Shown piece after piece: positions 9,679 through 20,200 of a stretch of DNA of 64,000 nucleotides; the stretch's first letter is position 1; each line of letters opens with the position of its first letter. The DNA is from Candidatus Latescibacterota bacterium (GTDB lineage: Bacteria > Latescibacterota > UBA2968 > GCA-2709665), in NCBI GenBank assembly GCA_965219455.1, contig OZ244744.1:3648001-3712000 (forward strand), given 5' to 3'. The position numbers and the translations under genes are program-made. The notes under the pieces were generated by a model that saw only the letters and a program-made list of their open reading frames with translations, did no database searches and was not told the DNA's origin.

Positions 9679-10632
9679 ATGTCAGAACCGTTGTTGCGGG
9701 TTGTGGACCTGAAAATGCATTTCTATCCGGGCCGGGACGTGGTGAAGGCCGTAGACGGAGTGACGTTTCAGATCCACCGGAACCAGACCTTCGGCCTGGT
9801 CGGAGAGAGTGGCAGCGGCAAGTCGACCCTCGCCCGCGCAATCCTCCGGCTGCACGAGCCCACGGCCGGACGGGTGCATTTCGAAGGACGTGACGTGTGT
9901 GCGCTCTCCGGCCGGGAAATGCGCGCTCTCCGGCGGAAAATGCAGATTGTCTTTCAGGACCCGCTGTCGTCGCTGAACCCGATGATGAGCGTGGGCGCCA
10001 TTGTGGGGGACGCCCTGACGATACACAGGGTCGGGACTAGGCGGGAGCGAGAGGAGGAGGTGGGTCGGCTGCTGGACCTGGTGGGCGTGGGACGACGGTT
10101 CGCGGACGCGTTTCCCCACGAGTTCTCCGGCGGGCAGCAGCAGCGCGTGGCAATCGCCCGGGCCCTGGCGTTGAAACCGCAATTCGTGGTCTGCGACGAG
10201 CCCGTCTCCTCGCTGGATCTGTCCATCCAGGCACAGATCCTGAATCTGCTGGAATCCCTGCAGGATCGCTTCGGCCTGGCCTACCTCTTCATTTCGCACG
10301 ATTTGAAAGTCGTGGAGCACCTGTCGGACGTGGTGGGTGTGATGTACCTGGGAAAGCTGGTCGAGGTGGGTCCCACCGGGTTGCTGTATGGGCGGCCGCG
10401 CCACCCCTATACCCAGATTCTGCTGGCTTCGGCTCCACGGCTCGACCCTGATGCGCGTACGGAGCGGATCATCCTCGAGGGGGAGGTACCCAGTCCCATC
10501 GATCCCCCTTCGGGATGCGCGTTCCATCCGCGGTGCCCGTACCGGATGGACCGGTGCAGCGAGGAGTCACCGGAGTTGAAGCAGATCGAGCCGGGACATC
10601 AAGCCGCTTGTTTTCTCACCGAGGGGGCGTAG
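9679..10632 (+). CDS. oppF: Oligopeptide ABC transporter ATP-binding protein (OppF type)
   Basis: MSEPLLRVVDLKMHF, GESGSGKST, FSGGQQQRVAIARAL, CDEPVSSLD, ISHDL, HPY, GCAFHPRC. Confidence 0.93.
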   Translation: MSEPLLRVVDLKMHFYPGRDVVKAVDGVTFQIHRNQTFGLVGESGSGKSTLARAILRLHEPTAGRVHFEGRDVCALSGREMRALRRKMQIVFQDPLSSLNPMMSVGAIVGDALTIHRVGTRREREEEVGRLLDLVGVGRRFADAFPHEFSGGQQQRVAIARALALKPQFVVCDEPVSSLDLSIQAQILNLLESLQDRFGLAYLFISHDLKVVEHLSDVVGVMYLGKLVEVGPTGLLYGRPRHPYTQILLASAPRLDPDARTERIILEGEVPSPIDPPSGCAFHPRCPYRMDRCSEESPELKQIEPGHQAACFLTEGA

Positions 10633-10683
10633 CCTTCTGCCGCGGCCCGCCATCAGCATTGCAGTAACCGATCGGAGAGGAAA

Positions 10684-12630
10684 ATGGACCTGCTGGACAT
10701 CAATGTGATGCTCGGGCCCACGTCCGACGCCGCCGAACCCCAATTCCGGAATGCCGACGATCTGCTTCGGGAATTGGATCGGCTGCAGATCGCCGAGGCG
10801 CTCGTATACTCCAGCCACGCCCGGTACGGTCATCCACGGGAGGGAAACTGGCGGCTGTTCGAGCAACTCGGCGGCCACCGCGACCGGTTGCATCCCTGCT
10901 GGCTGCTGCTGCCGCCGGGTACCCCCGAGTTGCCCGCTCCGGATGAAATCGTCCGCCAGATGCGGGAGCACGGCGTCCACGCCGCCCGGCTGCTGCCAGG
11001 GCAGCATCTCTTTCCGGTGAGCCGCCGTATCCTGGGCCCCTTACTGGCGGCGCTGGCGGAGGCCGCGATTCCTCTGATTCTGGATCTGGAAAGGCGCCAC
11101 TGGTCCGACATGTCTCCCTGGGACGAAATATTCGATCTGTGCGAGGCGTACCCCCGCCTGCCCGTGATCCTGCTTCGGGAGGGTGGAGACGCCCCCAGGG
11201 TGATGTATCATCTCTGGGATGAGTTTCCGAATCTCTACCTCGAGACCTCCTATATCCAGAGTGCAAACTGCCTCGAGGAAATCTGCGAACGATTTGGAAG
11301 CGGGCGGATCTTGTTCGGAAGCGGCATGCCGGCGTACGACGCGGGCGGGCCGATTGCGACGGTCGCGGGAAGCAGGCTGACGGTCGCGGGAAGCAGGCTG
11401 ACGGGCGGGCAGCGCGCGGCGATCGCGGGGAACAACGCGCGGCGGCTGCTGCGCCTCGAGGCCCCCCGGGAAGCGACGGACCGCGAATGGCCGGTCGCGG
11501 CGGACGGGATGCGGGTGTGGGACATCCACGGACACCTGGGACCGTGGTACAAGATTCCCTACCCGGTTTACAATGCGGGGGACACGGTCCGGCGTATGGA
11601 TGAGGTGGGCGTGGAACGCTTTGTCATCAGCGATATCCGCGCAATCGAAAACGACCCGGACTCGGGGAATGCCCGGGCGATCGAGGCGACCGCGGAATAC
11701 CCCGGCCGTCTCTTCGCGTACGCCGGCTACGCACCCGGCAAATACGCGAACAACATCGGGTCCTTCGACCGTCTTTTCGACGAGCCCGGCGTCGTGGGCA
11801 TCAAGTTCCACTGCCAGCTTCACAATACGCCTCCCGATTCGCCGAAATACCGCCCCGCGTTCGAGGTTGCAAACGAGCGGCGCCTGCCGATCCTGACCCA
11901 CGGCGTGCTGCCCCCCGACATGCTCCGGGGGTTGCTGGCGGAAATGCCGCACCTGACTTATATAGCAGCCCATTTTGCCGCGAGCCCGCCGGAAGCCCAC
12001 GAACCCTATCTGGAAATCGCCGGGGAGTTTTCCAATCTTTACTACGACACCACCGGCTCAACCGTTCTTCGGGGCGGTTTCGCGCGGCTGGTTGCGCGGA
12101 TGCCCCCAGAGCAGATTTTGTATGGCTCGGACTTTCCCATTATGGATTTTCCCTATCAGCTCGGCCGGGTGCTCTATGCGGATATCAGCGACGAACTCAA
12201 GCGCAAGATTCTCTGGGAGAATCCGTCGCGGATCTACCGCAGGGCGGGAATTCGACGAAAGGAGGGATCGGATGAAACCGGAACGGGTCCATGTGACCTA
12301 CGGGCCGCGGCAGACGCCGCGTTTCGAGGTGGAGATGATTACGGACGCAGCAGGGTACCTCCAAACCGGCGGCAGCGGCGCGAGTTGCTGGGGGTACAAT
12401 CAGTCCAACGTCGTCCGGGCGGGCGAGGACGTCTATGCGCTCAGCTGGCGGGACGATATGACGCTGGTGGTGTTCCGGCGCGCGGGCCACGGGAGGTGGG
12501 AGTCCAGCCCTCCGCTGCCTCCCGTGCCGCAGAACGGCAACCTGCTCGTGGACGGCGCCGGGCGGCTGCACGTGATTGCGGGCGCAAACGCGAGCTACCA
12601 CGCCGTCTTCGATCCGCCCGGGCAGGTTGA
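10684..12630 (+). CDS. Amidohydrolase-family protein with two tandem TIM-barrel domains; the last ~120 codons overlap the next gene
   Basis: Domain 1 LDINVMLG...ILFGSGMP...GNNARRLL; domain 2 WDIHGHLG, IKFH, LTHG, AAHF, LYGSDFP, ILWENPSRI. RBS GGAGAGG upstream. Confidence 0.85.
   Translation: MDLLDINVMLGPTSDAAEPQFRNADDLLRELDRLQIAEALVYSSHARYGHPREGNWRLFEQLGGHRDRLHPCWLLLPPGTPELPAPDEIVRQMREHGVHAARLLPGQHLFPVSRRILGPLLAALAEAAIPLILDLERRHWSDMSPWDEIFDLCEAYPRLPVILLREGGDAPRVMYHLWDEFPNLYLETSYIQSANCLEEICERFGSGRILFGSGMPAYDAGGPIATVAGSRLTVAGSRLTGGQRAAIAGNNARRLLRLEAPREATDREWPVAADGMRVWDIHGHLGPWYKIPYPVYNAGDTVRRMDEVGVERFVISDIRAIENDPDSGNARAIEATAEYPGRLFAYAGYAPGKYANNIGSFDRLFDEPGVVGIKFHCQLHNTPPDSPKYRPAFEVANERRLPILTHGVLPPDMLRGLLAEMPHLTYIAAHFAASPPEAHEPYLEIAGEFSNLYYDTTGSTVLRGGFARLVARMPPEQILYGSDFPIMDFPYQLGRVLYADISDELKRKILWENPSRIYRRAGIRRKEGSDETGTGPCDLRAAADAAFRGGDDYGRSRVPPNRRQRRELLGVQSVQRRPGGRGRLCAQLAGRYDAGGVPARGPREVGVQPSAASRAAERQPARGRRRAAARDCGRKRELPRRLRSARAG
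11358..11404 (+). repeat. Perfect 21-bp tandem duplication (TVAGSRL x2) inside the amidohydrolase gene
   Basis: GACGGTCGCGGGAAGCAGGCT occurs twice, followed by GACGG. Confidence 0.9.
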
Positions 12631-13555
12631 AAGGTTCACAATTCAGGAATACGCCTCGGCCGACAGCCGCTTCGGCGCGTCGATCGACGCCGCCGGTCGG
12701 ATCTTCGTCGCCGGCGGGCTGGCAACCATGGCCTGGTACGTGCTGGACCCGGAAACCGGCTATCGTCCAATGGCCTCAGGGAGCGTGCGACACGAACGCA
12801 ACCGGGGATACAACTTCGTGATCCTCAACGGATCCGAGGCGCATGCGATTTCGAGCGACGACTATTTCCTGGAGGGCGAACAGTATCCCAACCAGACGGT
12901 GAAGCTGAGGGACCAGGAGACCGGCGAGATCAGGTCCGTAGAGACCCCCCGCGGCATCTACCCTGTTCTGAAGGCTTACTATTACTACTGTCCGGATGTG
13001 TTCGGAACCCCGGAAGACTGGCGACTGACGGTAATCAGCGACGTGTCCGATACGTTCGACGGCCGGGCCAGGGGGACGACCGATCATCAGGATTTGATGA
13101 TGGATATGAGGGGGCGGGTTCACCTGACGTACTACGAAAACCGGCAGCCGGCCGCCACCGTATGGGCGGGGCGGGGTCAGGATCCGGAAAACAGCCTGCT
13201 CTACCACGCGGTGGGTGGTCCCGGCGGACCGTTCAAACACTTCTGTTTGGGCAACTTCAACGGTGGCAGGGTCTACCAGGGTCCGGACGGCCGGTTTCAC
13301 TATTTCCTCACCCGCGGGGGGCGGGGCAACGCGGAAGGTGTCTGGTACGCAGCTGGAGAAGACGGAGGTTGGGACCGGATCAGTGAACCCGTGCAACTGG
13401 ACCTGCCGTCTCGGCTGTGGCACTTCTTTACGAACACGACGCGCGCGGGCGGCGCCCGGTCGCCCTTTGTGGACTGCTATTGGACCGGGGCGTCCCAGGA
13501 GAACAGCAACGAGGTGTATTATGGGCGGCTGACGCCGGGGCCGCGGGACGAATGA
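12272..13555 (+). CDS. Hypothetical protein, probable beta-propeller (BNR-like)
   Basis: AAGGAGGG RBS before ATG 12272; repeated beta-rich units (LVDGAGRLHVI, SIDAAGRIFV, MDMRGRVHLTY, QGPDGRFHYF). Confidence 0.75.
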   Translation: MKPERVHVTYGPRQTPRFEVEMITDAAGYLQTGGSGASCWGYNQSNVVRAGEDVYALSWRDDMTLVVFRRAGHGRWESSPPLPPVPQNGNLLVDGAGRLHVIAGANASYHAVFDPPGQVERFTIQEYASADSRFGASIDAAGRIFVAGGLATMAWYVLDPETGYRPMASGSVRHERNRGYNFVILNGSEAHAISSDDYFLEGEQYPNQTVKLRDQETGEIRSVETPRGIYPVLKAYYYYCPDVFGTPEDWRLTVISDVSDTFDGRARGTTDHQDLMMDMRGRVHLTYYENRQPAATVWAGRGQDPENSLLYHAVGGPGGPFKHFCLGNFNGGRVYQGPDGRFHYFLTRGGRGNAEGVWYAAGEDGGWDRISEPVQLDLPSRLWHFFTNTTRAGGARSPFVDCYWTGASQENSNEVYYGRLTPGPRDE

Positions 13556-13603
13556 CGCCATCGTTCGGTGAGGGCGGGCGCCGGTAAAGGTCCGCCCCGT
13601 CGA

Positions 13604-15331
13604 TCATTTCTCGCCGAGGCGGTTGAGGGCCGCACGGGCTTCCTCGTCGGCAGGGTCGAGCGCCAGAACGCGCTTTAACGCCTGCCGGGCCGCATCGATC
13701 CGTCCGGCCCGTTCGTACAGCGCGGCCAGCGACCGGTGCGCCGCGACAATGCGGGTGTCCCGTCGAATCGCCTGCTCGAACGCGGCCGCAGCCTCCCGCC
13801 ACCGCCGCTGGCGCTCGTGGACCGCGCCCAGGGCCAGAAAGTGGCCCGGCGACGGCGAGAGCCGTATCGCCCGTTTCAGCGCCCGCTCGGCGGTTCCCAT
13901 GTCGCCGATTTCCGCTGCCGCCATGGCCAGCCGGACGTACGCGCCGGTGAACGTGCTGTCCCGCCCGACGGCTCTGGCAAACGCGTCTGCGGCTTCTCTG
14001 GCGCGCCCCCGCGCGGCGTAGATCCGCCCGAGGCGATCGTGTAATTCGGGGTCTTCAGGGCGACGGAGAACGGCCCGCTCCAGAACGTCCAGCTTGTGCC
14101 CTTCTCCGGACAGCCGCTCGAATTCATCCAGTTCCCGCCTTCCTTCTTCGGTACGTCCCTGAAGGATGCAGGCGCGTCCCAGGCCGTAGCGGGCCCTGGC
14201 GTGATCCGCATCCAGCGCAATTGCACGCCGGAATGCCGCTTCGGCTTCGGACAGGCGGCCCAGCCTCAGCAGAACGTCGCCAATGCCGAAATGGGCGTCC
14301 GTATGCGCCGGCGCGTACCGGACGGCCTCACGGTACGAATCTACGGCTTTCAGATCCTGCCCAAGAACGGCGTATGCCTCCGCAAGCGCCGACCGCGCGT
14401 CGGCGAAGTCCGGCGCCAGCCGGATTGCCCGGCCGAACGCGGGAACGGCCTCCTTCGTCCGTCCGAGAAGGAGCAGCGCCCGGCCCAGCAGAAACGGCGC
14501 GTCCACGTTCGAAGCGTCAGCCCGCTCGGACCTCCGGAACGCGTCTGCGGCCCGCGATGAGTTTCCCCGAGCGGCTTCCACGTCTCCCAGTCCCTGCCAG
14601 GCGGTCGAGGAACCGGGGTCCACGGCAGCGGCGCGGGCGTATGCCTCCAGCGCCAGTTCCAGGTAGCGTTGGCGTTTGTAGCAGGCGGCCAGTTCCAGCC
14701 AGGCCGGCAGAAGGCCGGGGTCCAACGATACCGCCCGTTTCAAGGCGGCTACGCCAGCCTTCACGTCGTCCCTCTTCAGTTCAACGGCGCCGAGGCGGTA
14801 ACGGAGCTCGGCGCTGCCGGGCGCCAGGTCGACCGCCCGATTGAACGCCGCCGCCGCCGCTGCGAGGTCGTTTCGGGCCACCGCGAGAAGGCCAAGCGCC
14901 CGGTGTGCGTCGGGCAGGCCGGGGGCCAGATCCACGGCACGCCGATACGCCCGTTCCGCATCGGCCAGTTTTCCGTTCCGCTGGTAGACGGCCCCCAGCA
15001 CGACGTGGGTGTGCCGGTAATCCGGTTCCAGGCGTGCGGCACGTTCCAGCATCCGGGCCGCTTCGTCCAGCCGGCCCATCTGCGCGGTAAGGATGCCGAA
15101 GTTGTGCCACACCTGCGAAGATTCCGGCGCCAGTTCCGCGGCCCGAGCCATTTTCCTTGAAGCTTCATCCAGCCGGCCCGCACCGGCATGCCTGAGACCG
15201 GCTTCGAGCGCCTCCCGCGCGGCGGGCGGCATTGCCGTTGCCGCACCCGTAAGGTCGAAGCACAGTGTGGCGGCGCAGAAAACCGCCAGGATGAGAGCCG
15301 CCCTCCGGGCGCGGCCGCCCGTCCTGTCCAT
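13604..15331 (-). CDS. Tetratricopeptide-repeat protein with signal peptide
   Basis: Many TPR units (e.g. AHRALGLL..., AWLELAACY..., AHFGIGDVLL...); hydrophobic N-terminus after M at 15331 (ORF open from 15439). Confidence 0.88.
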   Translation of the reverse strand: MDRTGGRARRAALILAVFCAATLCFDLTGAATAMPPAAREALEAGLRHAGAGRLDEASRKMARAAELAPESSQVWHNFGILTAQMGRLDEAARMLERAARLEPDYRHTHVVLGAVYQRNGKLADAERAYRRAVDLAPGLPDAHRALGLLAVARNDLAAAAAAFNRAVDLAPGSAELRYRLGAVELKRDDVKAGVAALKRAVSLDPGLLPAWLELAACYKRQRYLELALEAYARAAAVDPGSSTAWQGLGDVEAARGNSSRAADAFRRSERADASNVDAPFLLGRALLLLGRTKEAVPAFGRAIRLAPDFADARSALAEAYAVLGQDLKAVDSYREAVRYAPAHTDAHFGIGDVLLRLGRLSEAEAAFRRAIALDADHARARYGLGRACILQGRTEEGRRELDEFERLSGEGHKLDVLERAVLRRPEDPELHDRLGRIYAARGRAREAADAFARAVGRDSTFTGAYVRLAMAAAEIGDMGTAERALKRAIRLSPSPGHFLALGAVHERQRRWREAAAAFEQAIRRDTRIVAAHRSLAALYERAGRIDAARQALKRVLALDPADEEARAALNRLGEK

Positions 15332-15500
15332 GGGGACCATCCTTTCCTGCGATTCATGCACATCGGGCCTGCCTGGATCCGTCCGCGTGAAAGATACTTC
15401 CGGACTCCGAAACGGCGCAACTGAAAAACAGCCAACCATCGAGGTCTTTCTGCCAACGACGATGGACTCTATGAACCCTCGTTTTTTTGCTTGTTTTTTG

Positions 15501-15581
15501 TTTAACCGATCTTATATTTGTTTTATAACTAGGATGCATTCAGGATGTCCGACAAGGAATCCTGAAGGGGTTTATCGGTTA
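15501..15581 (+). promoter_or_regulatory. Putative promoter and palindromic operator(s) between divergent genes
   Basis: AT-rich tract with TTTAAC-17 bp-TATAAC; inverted repeats TTCAGGAT/ATCCTGAA around TGTCCGACA, and TAACCGAT/ATCGGTTA. Confidence 0.35.
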
Positions 15582-15651
15582 CAGGATCTGTCGTGACGAC
15601 GCATCAGACGGGTCATCACATGGCCGCAGTCGGAAAAGGAGGTCCGCTGTT

Positions 15652-16389
15652 ATGAGAGCAACCGGCATTCTCAGATTGGCGCTTGGATCGGTCCTGGGCG
15701 TGTATTATCTGTTCGGACTCGGCCTGGCGCCCGCCTCGCAGGCGCAGGAGTTGCGCTACGCGCTTGGCGTCCACGGGTCGGTGCTGCGCCCGGCGGGGCC
15801 GCTCAAGGGCTGGTACAATACCTCGCCGGCGTTTGTCGGGCATTTGACGTATCAGGTTTCCGACAGAACGATGACGGAAGTCGAAGTGACGTACTCGCCA
15901 CTCTCAGACGCCGGATTGTCCGGCCGGTCGTTCACCTGGCACAACGGCCTGGGCGCGGCAAACGGTTCCTCGGTAAAAAGCCCGGGCGCCGAGGCCAGTA
16001 TGTGGATGGGAGGCATCGTGGTCAACGGTCTCCGGACGTTCCAGCCGGACGAGCCGGGCCGCAGTGTTCCCTACATCGCGGCCGGTATCGGCTTTCTCAA
16101 GTATACCCACGAGGTGTCGGGCCTGATCTGGCCGGGACAGGTGGGTGAGCAGATCCGGACGGATTCACAGAGCACGGTGGAAACCACGGTTGACGAAGAC
16201 GTGGCGCTGTCGATCAACACCGGGTTGGGTTTCTACCGCCGCACGTCCGATAAATTCCTGGTGGATTTTCGGATCCGGTGGAACGTATCGATGGGCGAAC
16301 TCAGGCCCTACGAGGACTGGGACCTGAAGAAGACGTTTCCGATTTTCAGTTTCAACCTCATGGTCGGAATCAAGTATTTCATGCGATAA
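15652..16389 (+). CDS. Outer-membrane beta-barrel protein
   Basis: AAGGAGG RBS; signal peptide ending ASQA; amphipathic strands (VPYIAAGIGF, SINTGLGFY, FNLMVGIKYF). Confidence 0.8.
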   Translation: MRATGILRLALGSVLGVYYLFGLGLAPASQAQELRYALGVHGSVLRPAGPLKGWYNTSPAFVGHLTYQVSDRTMTEVEVTYSPLSDAGLSGRSFTWHNGLGAANGSSVKSPGAEASMWMGGIVVNGLRTFQPDEPGRSVPYIAAGIGFLKYTHEVSGLIWPGQVGEQIRTDSQSTVETTVDEDVALSINTGLGFYRRTSDKFLVDFRIRWNVSMGELRPYEDWDLKKTFPIFSFNLMVGIKYFMR

Positions 16390-17061
16390 ATGAACACACG
16401 GGCCGGATCGTTTATTTTTCTCATCGTTTTCGCGGCTGGTTGGGGCAGGGAGGGCGAGGCGCGGCCGAAACGGGTCTTTCAGGTTCCCAACGCCAGCGCC
16501 GCGCAATGCCGCACCTGCCACGTCGACCGGGGCATAACAACGACCCGGCTCGATATTCCGCTTTCCGAGACGACGCATGAAGCCACTAACGAAGGGGACG
16601 CCATCTGTGCCAGTTGTCACACCTACACGGGCGGGGGCGGTCCGCTTAATGCCTTCGGCGTTACGATAAAGAAGAGGTTTCTGTCCGAGGCCGGATATTC
16701 CGGAAACGTAATGTGGGGGCCAAGCCTGGCGAAGCTAGACTCGGACCGGGACGGATTCACGAACGGAAACGAACTTGGCGATCCGGCGGGCAACTGGCTT
16801 CCTGGCGACCCGGCGCCGGGCCGGTGGTTGTCGCTCAGCAATCCAGGGCTTTTCAACAGCGTTCCGGTGCATTCGCGTCACCGGTCCGACTTCAACGCAG
16901 ACGGGAAGGTCGATTTTGCGGACTTCTCAAACTTCGCGGCGGCATTCGGCAGGAGCCAGGGCGATGCCGATTTCAATCCGATTTTCGACCTGAACGGTGA
17001 TGGAGCGGTCAATTTCGAGGACTTTATTCAATTCGCCGGGGATTTTGGAGCGGGAGCATGA
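16390..17061 (+). CDS. Secreted putative dihaem c-type protein with temptin-like domain and C-terminal dockerin/EF-hand-like domain
   Basis: Signal peptide; CRTCH and CASCH; GGGPLNAFG...W...LDSDRDGFTNGNELGDP; SDFNADGKVDFADF...FDLNGDGAVNFEDF. Confidence 0.75.
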   Translation: MNTRAGSFIFLIVFAAGWGREGEARPKRVFQVPNASAAQCRTCHVDRGITTTRLDIPLSETTHEATNEGDAICASCHTYTGGGGPLNAFGVTIKKRFLSEAGYSGNVMWGPSLAKLDSDRDGFTNGNELGDPAGNWLPGDPAPGRWLSLSNPGLFNSVPVHSRHRSDFNADGKVDFADFSNFAAAFGRSQGDADFNPIFDLNGDGAVNFEDFIQFAGDFGAGA

Positions 17062-17247
17062 ATTAACTCAGACCCGTTTGCCGACGTGGAGGACTGCCTA
17101 TGGATAGGACCACAGATCGAGGGATTGGGGCGGTTAGAACTTAAACTAAACTGAGCGTTCCATTCGCATATCCGACGCTGGCAATGCCCGGCTTCGGGCG
17201 TTGATCGGCCGGATGGACGATAGGTTCTTCAGCAAAGGAGTTGGCGT

Positions 17248-20200
17248 ATGAGGCGTGAATTAGTGGTTTTGGGCACAATCGCGGTGCTAAGCCTGCTGGT
17301 CGGGCAGGCGCGGTCCCAGACCTTCTACGGAAAGATTACCGGACAGGTGACCGACGCGGACGGCGGTGCCTTGCCGGGAGCCAACGTGGTGGTCGAAGGG
17401 ACGCGCTTCGGAGCGACGTCCGACAACGAGGGGTATTACATCATTATCGGCGTCGAGCCCGGGTTATACACCCTGAAGGCATCGATGGTTGGATACGAGA
17501 CGGTCGTCCGGGAGCGGGCACGGGTGGCGGCGGGCCTGACCACCGTGTCCGATTTCACGCTCCGGGAATCGGCGCTCGAGGCCGCCGAGATTGTGGTGAG
17601 GGCCGAGCGACCCCTGGTGGAGGTGGACCGGACCTCCAGCGAGGCGAAGATCTCCTCGCAGGAAATTGCGCAGGTCCCGATTATCAGGGGAGTAAAGGAG
17701 CACCTGCAGTACGCCGTGGGAACGAATGTGAACGACAGCCCGGGCAACGGCGTGCGCATCCGTCATATGAGCTATTATTCGATGCGTGCGGCGCAGACCT
17801 GGACTTTCGACGGCATTGAATTGATGAACCTGGATACGTCCCAGCAGACGGCCCCCCGGCAATACACGAACCTGCCGGTGACCGCCGTCGGGGAGATGGG
17901 GCTGGTCAGGGGCGGGGCCGACGCCTCGCAGGCCTCGTCGCCCGCGGGTGTGGTGAACATCATCAGCAGGGAGGGCACGCGGATTTACCGCGGCGGCGTC
18001 GACCTCAGGGTGGAAATGCCCGGGAAGCGGCACCGCGGATCCAACGTGTACGACGCCACCCCCGGGCAGCGAGGCGGGGCGAACGGGTACTGGCGCGACA
18101 GGCTGCAGTGGAATAATTCTGAATGGGTGAACGAGAAAGATCCTGACACCGGACAGTTGATCCATGTCAAGCAGGACTACGAGAGTTCAGTCGGACACCT
18201 CGTGGAGGGATGGGTCACCGGGCCTCTGGGCGAAAACGCCACCTTTGTGGTGAGCGGGAAAACCAGCCGCGCCAAACAGAATCTGCCCGCGCCTACGCTG
18301 ACGGGGCTGCGCCAACACAGCATCTTCGGAAAAATCAGCTTCACCCCGTCGCCCAACCTCAAAGTCAAAGTAGGGTTCAACCAATCCAACGAGCCGACGT
18401 TCTTCGGCGACGCCAACCGGTCGGTCGGGGGCAACCTCTTCCTGATCAACGGCACGACGGGTTACCAGCAGAACCGGGTCAACCGGATTTTCTACGTGAC
18501 GGGCACGCAGAGTATCAATCCCAGAATGTTCCACGAATTCCAGGTGGGTTTCTATGGTACCAAGACCGATCCGGGCGAAGTCGTACCTTCCACCACAACG
18601 TCCTGGCGACGGGACAAACTGGGTCAGTTCAATTTAGACCGGGACCGCCGGCGCATCGTGGTGGAAGACAACCGCCGGTACAACTTCCGCTACGACTTCA
18701 CCGGGCAACTCACCCGGCGGAATCTGTTCAAGGCCGGTTTTGTCTTTCAGAACATGAACAACCTCAACTGGGACTACAACCGGTCCAGCGCGACCAACGC
18801 CACGATCAAGATCATGGCAGGGAACAGCGAGCCCGGCAAGCGATACATGGTGAACCGACTGGCGGCGTACATCGACGAAAAACTGGAATTCCAGGGCCTG
18901 GTGGTGCACGCAGGCCTGCGTTTCGACAGTTTCTGGGGCGGTCCCGAGCGGACGTTGTCCGGCTTTATGAAGGCATTGCCGGGGTGGAGAACCTATAAGG
19001 CCTGGCGCACCGGGCGGGTGCCGCTGGCGCAAACCCGGCCGATGACCAGCCTGTCGCCGCGGATCGGTCTGTCCCACCCGATCACGGACCGGTCCACCGT
19101 GCGGTATTCGTACGGGGTGTACTACAAGCCGCCGCACTTTTCCCTCCTGTGGTTGGAGCCCTGGGCGACTTCCGACGCCGAGAACCACCCCGAACTGGAC
19201 GACGTCTGGTTCGATCTGAACTGGATCGGGGGCGGGCAGTGGCGACTGGACGGCGGTTACCAGGATCCGGGAGGTCTGCCGAATACGGCCGAGTTCGAGG
19301 TCACCGGCGAGTGGAATTTCATCAGCGATTTCGTCGTGGAGTTGTCCACCTACTATCGCCGGACGGAGAGGGTAGGTTCGGGCGGGGTGCACCGCTTCCA
19401 GGACCCCGTGCAGACACTTACCTACGTGGGCCACCGGGGTCCGAACGCCCGCCTCGAAACCAAGGGAATCGAGATGGGGTTTACCAAGGCCTTTTCTCAT
19501 AATTTCTCCTTCCGGGTGGGTCTCGACGTGAGTTGGGCGCTCTTCAACTGGTCGGGTGGATCCCAGCTTCAGGTCTGGACGTACCCCGACTCCAACTACA
19601 TCGCCAGTTCGAATTACTTCACGGTCGATGCGAATGACGAAATTGTTCGTCTGACGGACGACGAAATCCGGACGATCGGCCACAGGGCGAACGAAGTGCT
19701 CCGGAAAAAGCGACAAGAGGGGACGACGTTCGTCGGGGCGTGGGGAACAAACCGGATCGATGCGATACGTCCCTGGTATGAATATCCCGGCCTCAGCGAA
19801 TCCGAGAAGCAGGACATGCAGAACCTCTGGTTCGCGGACGTCTGGCGCCAGGTGGACGCGTTCCGCGGGCAGCCGCCGACCACGAATGCCTCCTTCCAGT
19901 TCCTCTGGTCCACGCCGATGGACTGGGGGCCGGGCGGAGACGTTGGCGGCGCCAGGATCCTGGGCGGCATCCAGGCCAACGTGGTCTGGCGGCTGGACAA
20001 CGGCCGGCAGTTCCAGATCACCCTGCCGGGAACGAGCGTGCAGACGGCGCGGAACCGGCCGGTTTTCGTTCGGACGGACCTGAACTTCCAGAAGTCGTTC
20101 CGGATTGGTACAACCACCCCCACGATGTACGTGGAGGTATTCAACCTCTTCAACACCTTCTATGACCCCTCCTCCGGCTCCAGTTACGTCCGATGGGGTT

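Noticed and set aside
17150-17225. Riboswitch upstream of the TonB-dependent receptor
   Set aside because: A hairpin (CAATGCCCG-GCTT-CGGGCGTTG) is present, but no cobalamin, TPP or SAM consensus elements were recognised; an Rfam scan would settle it.
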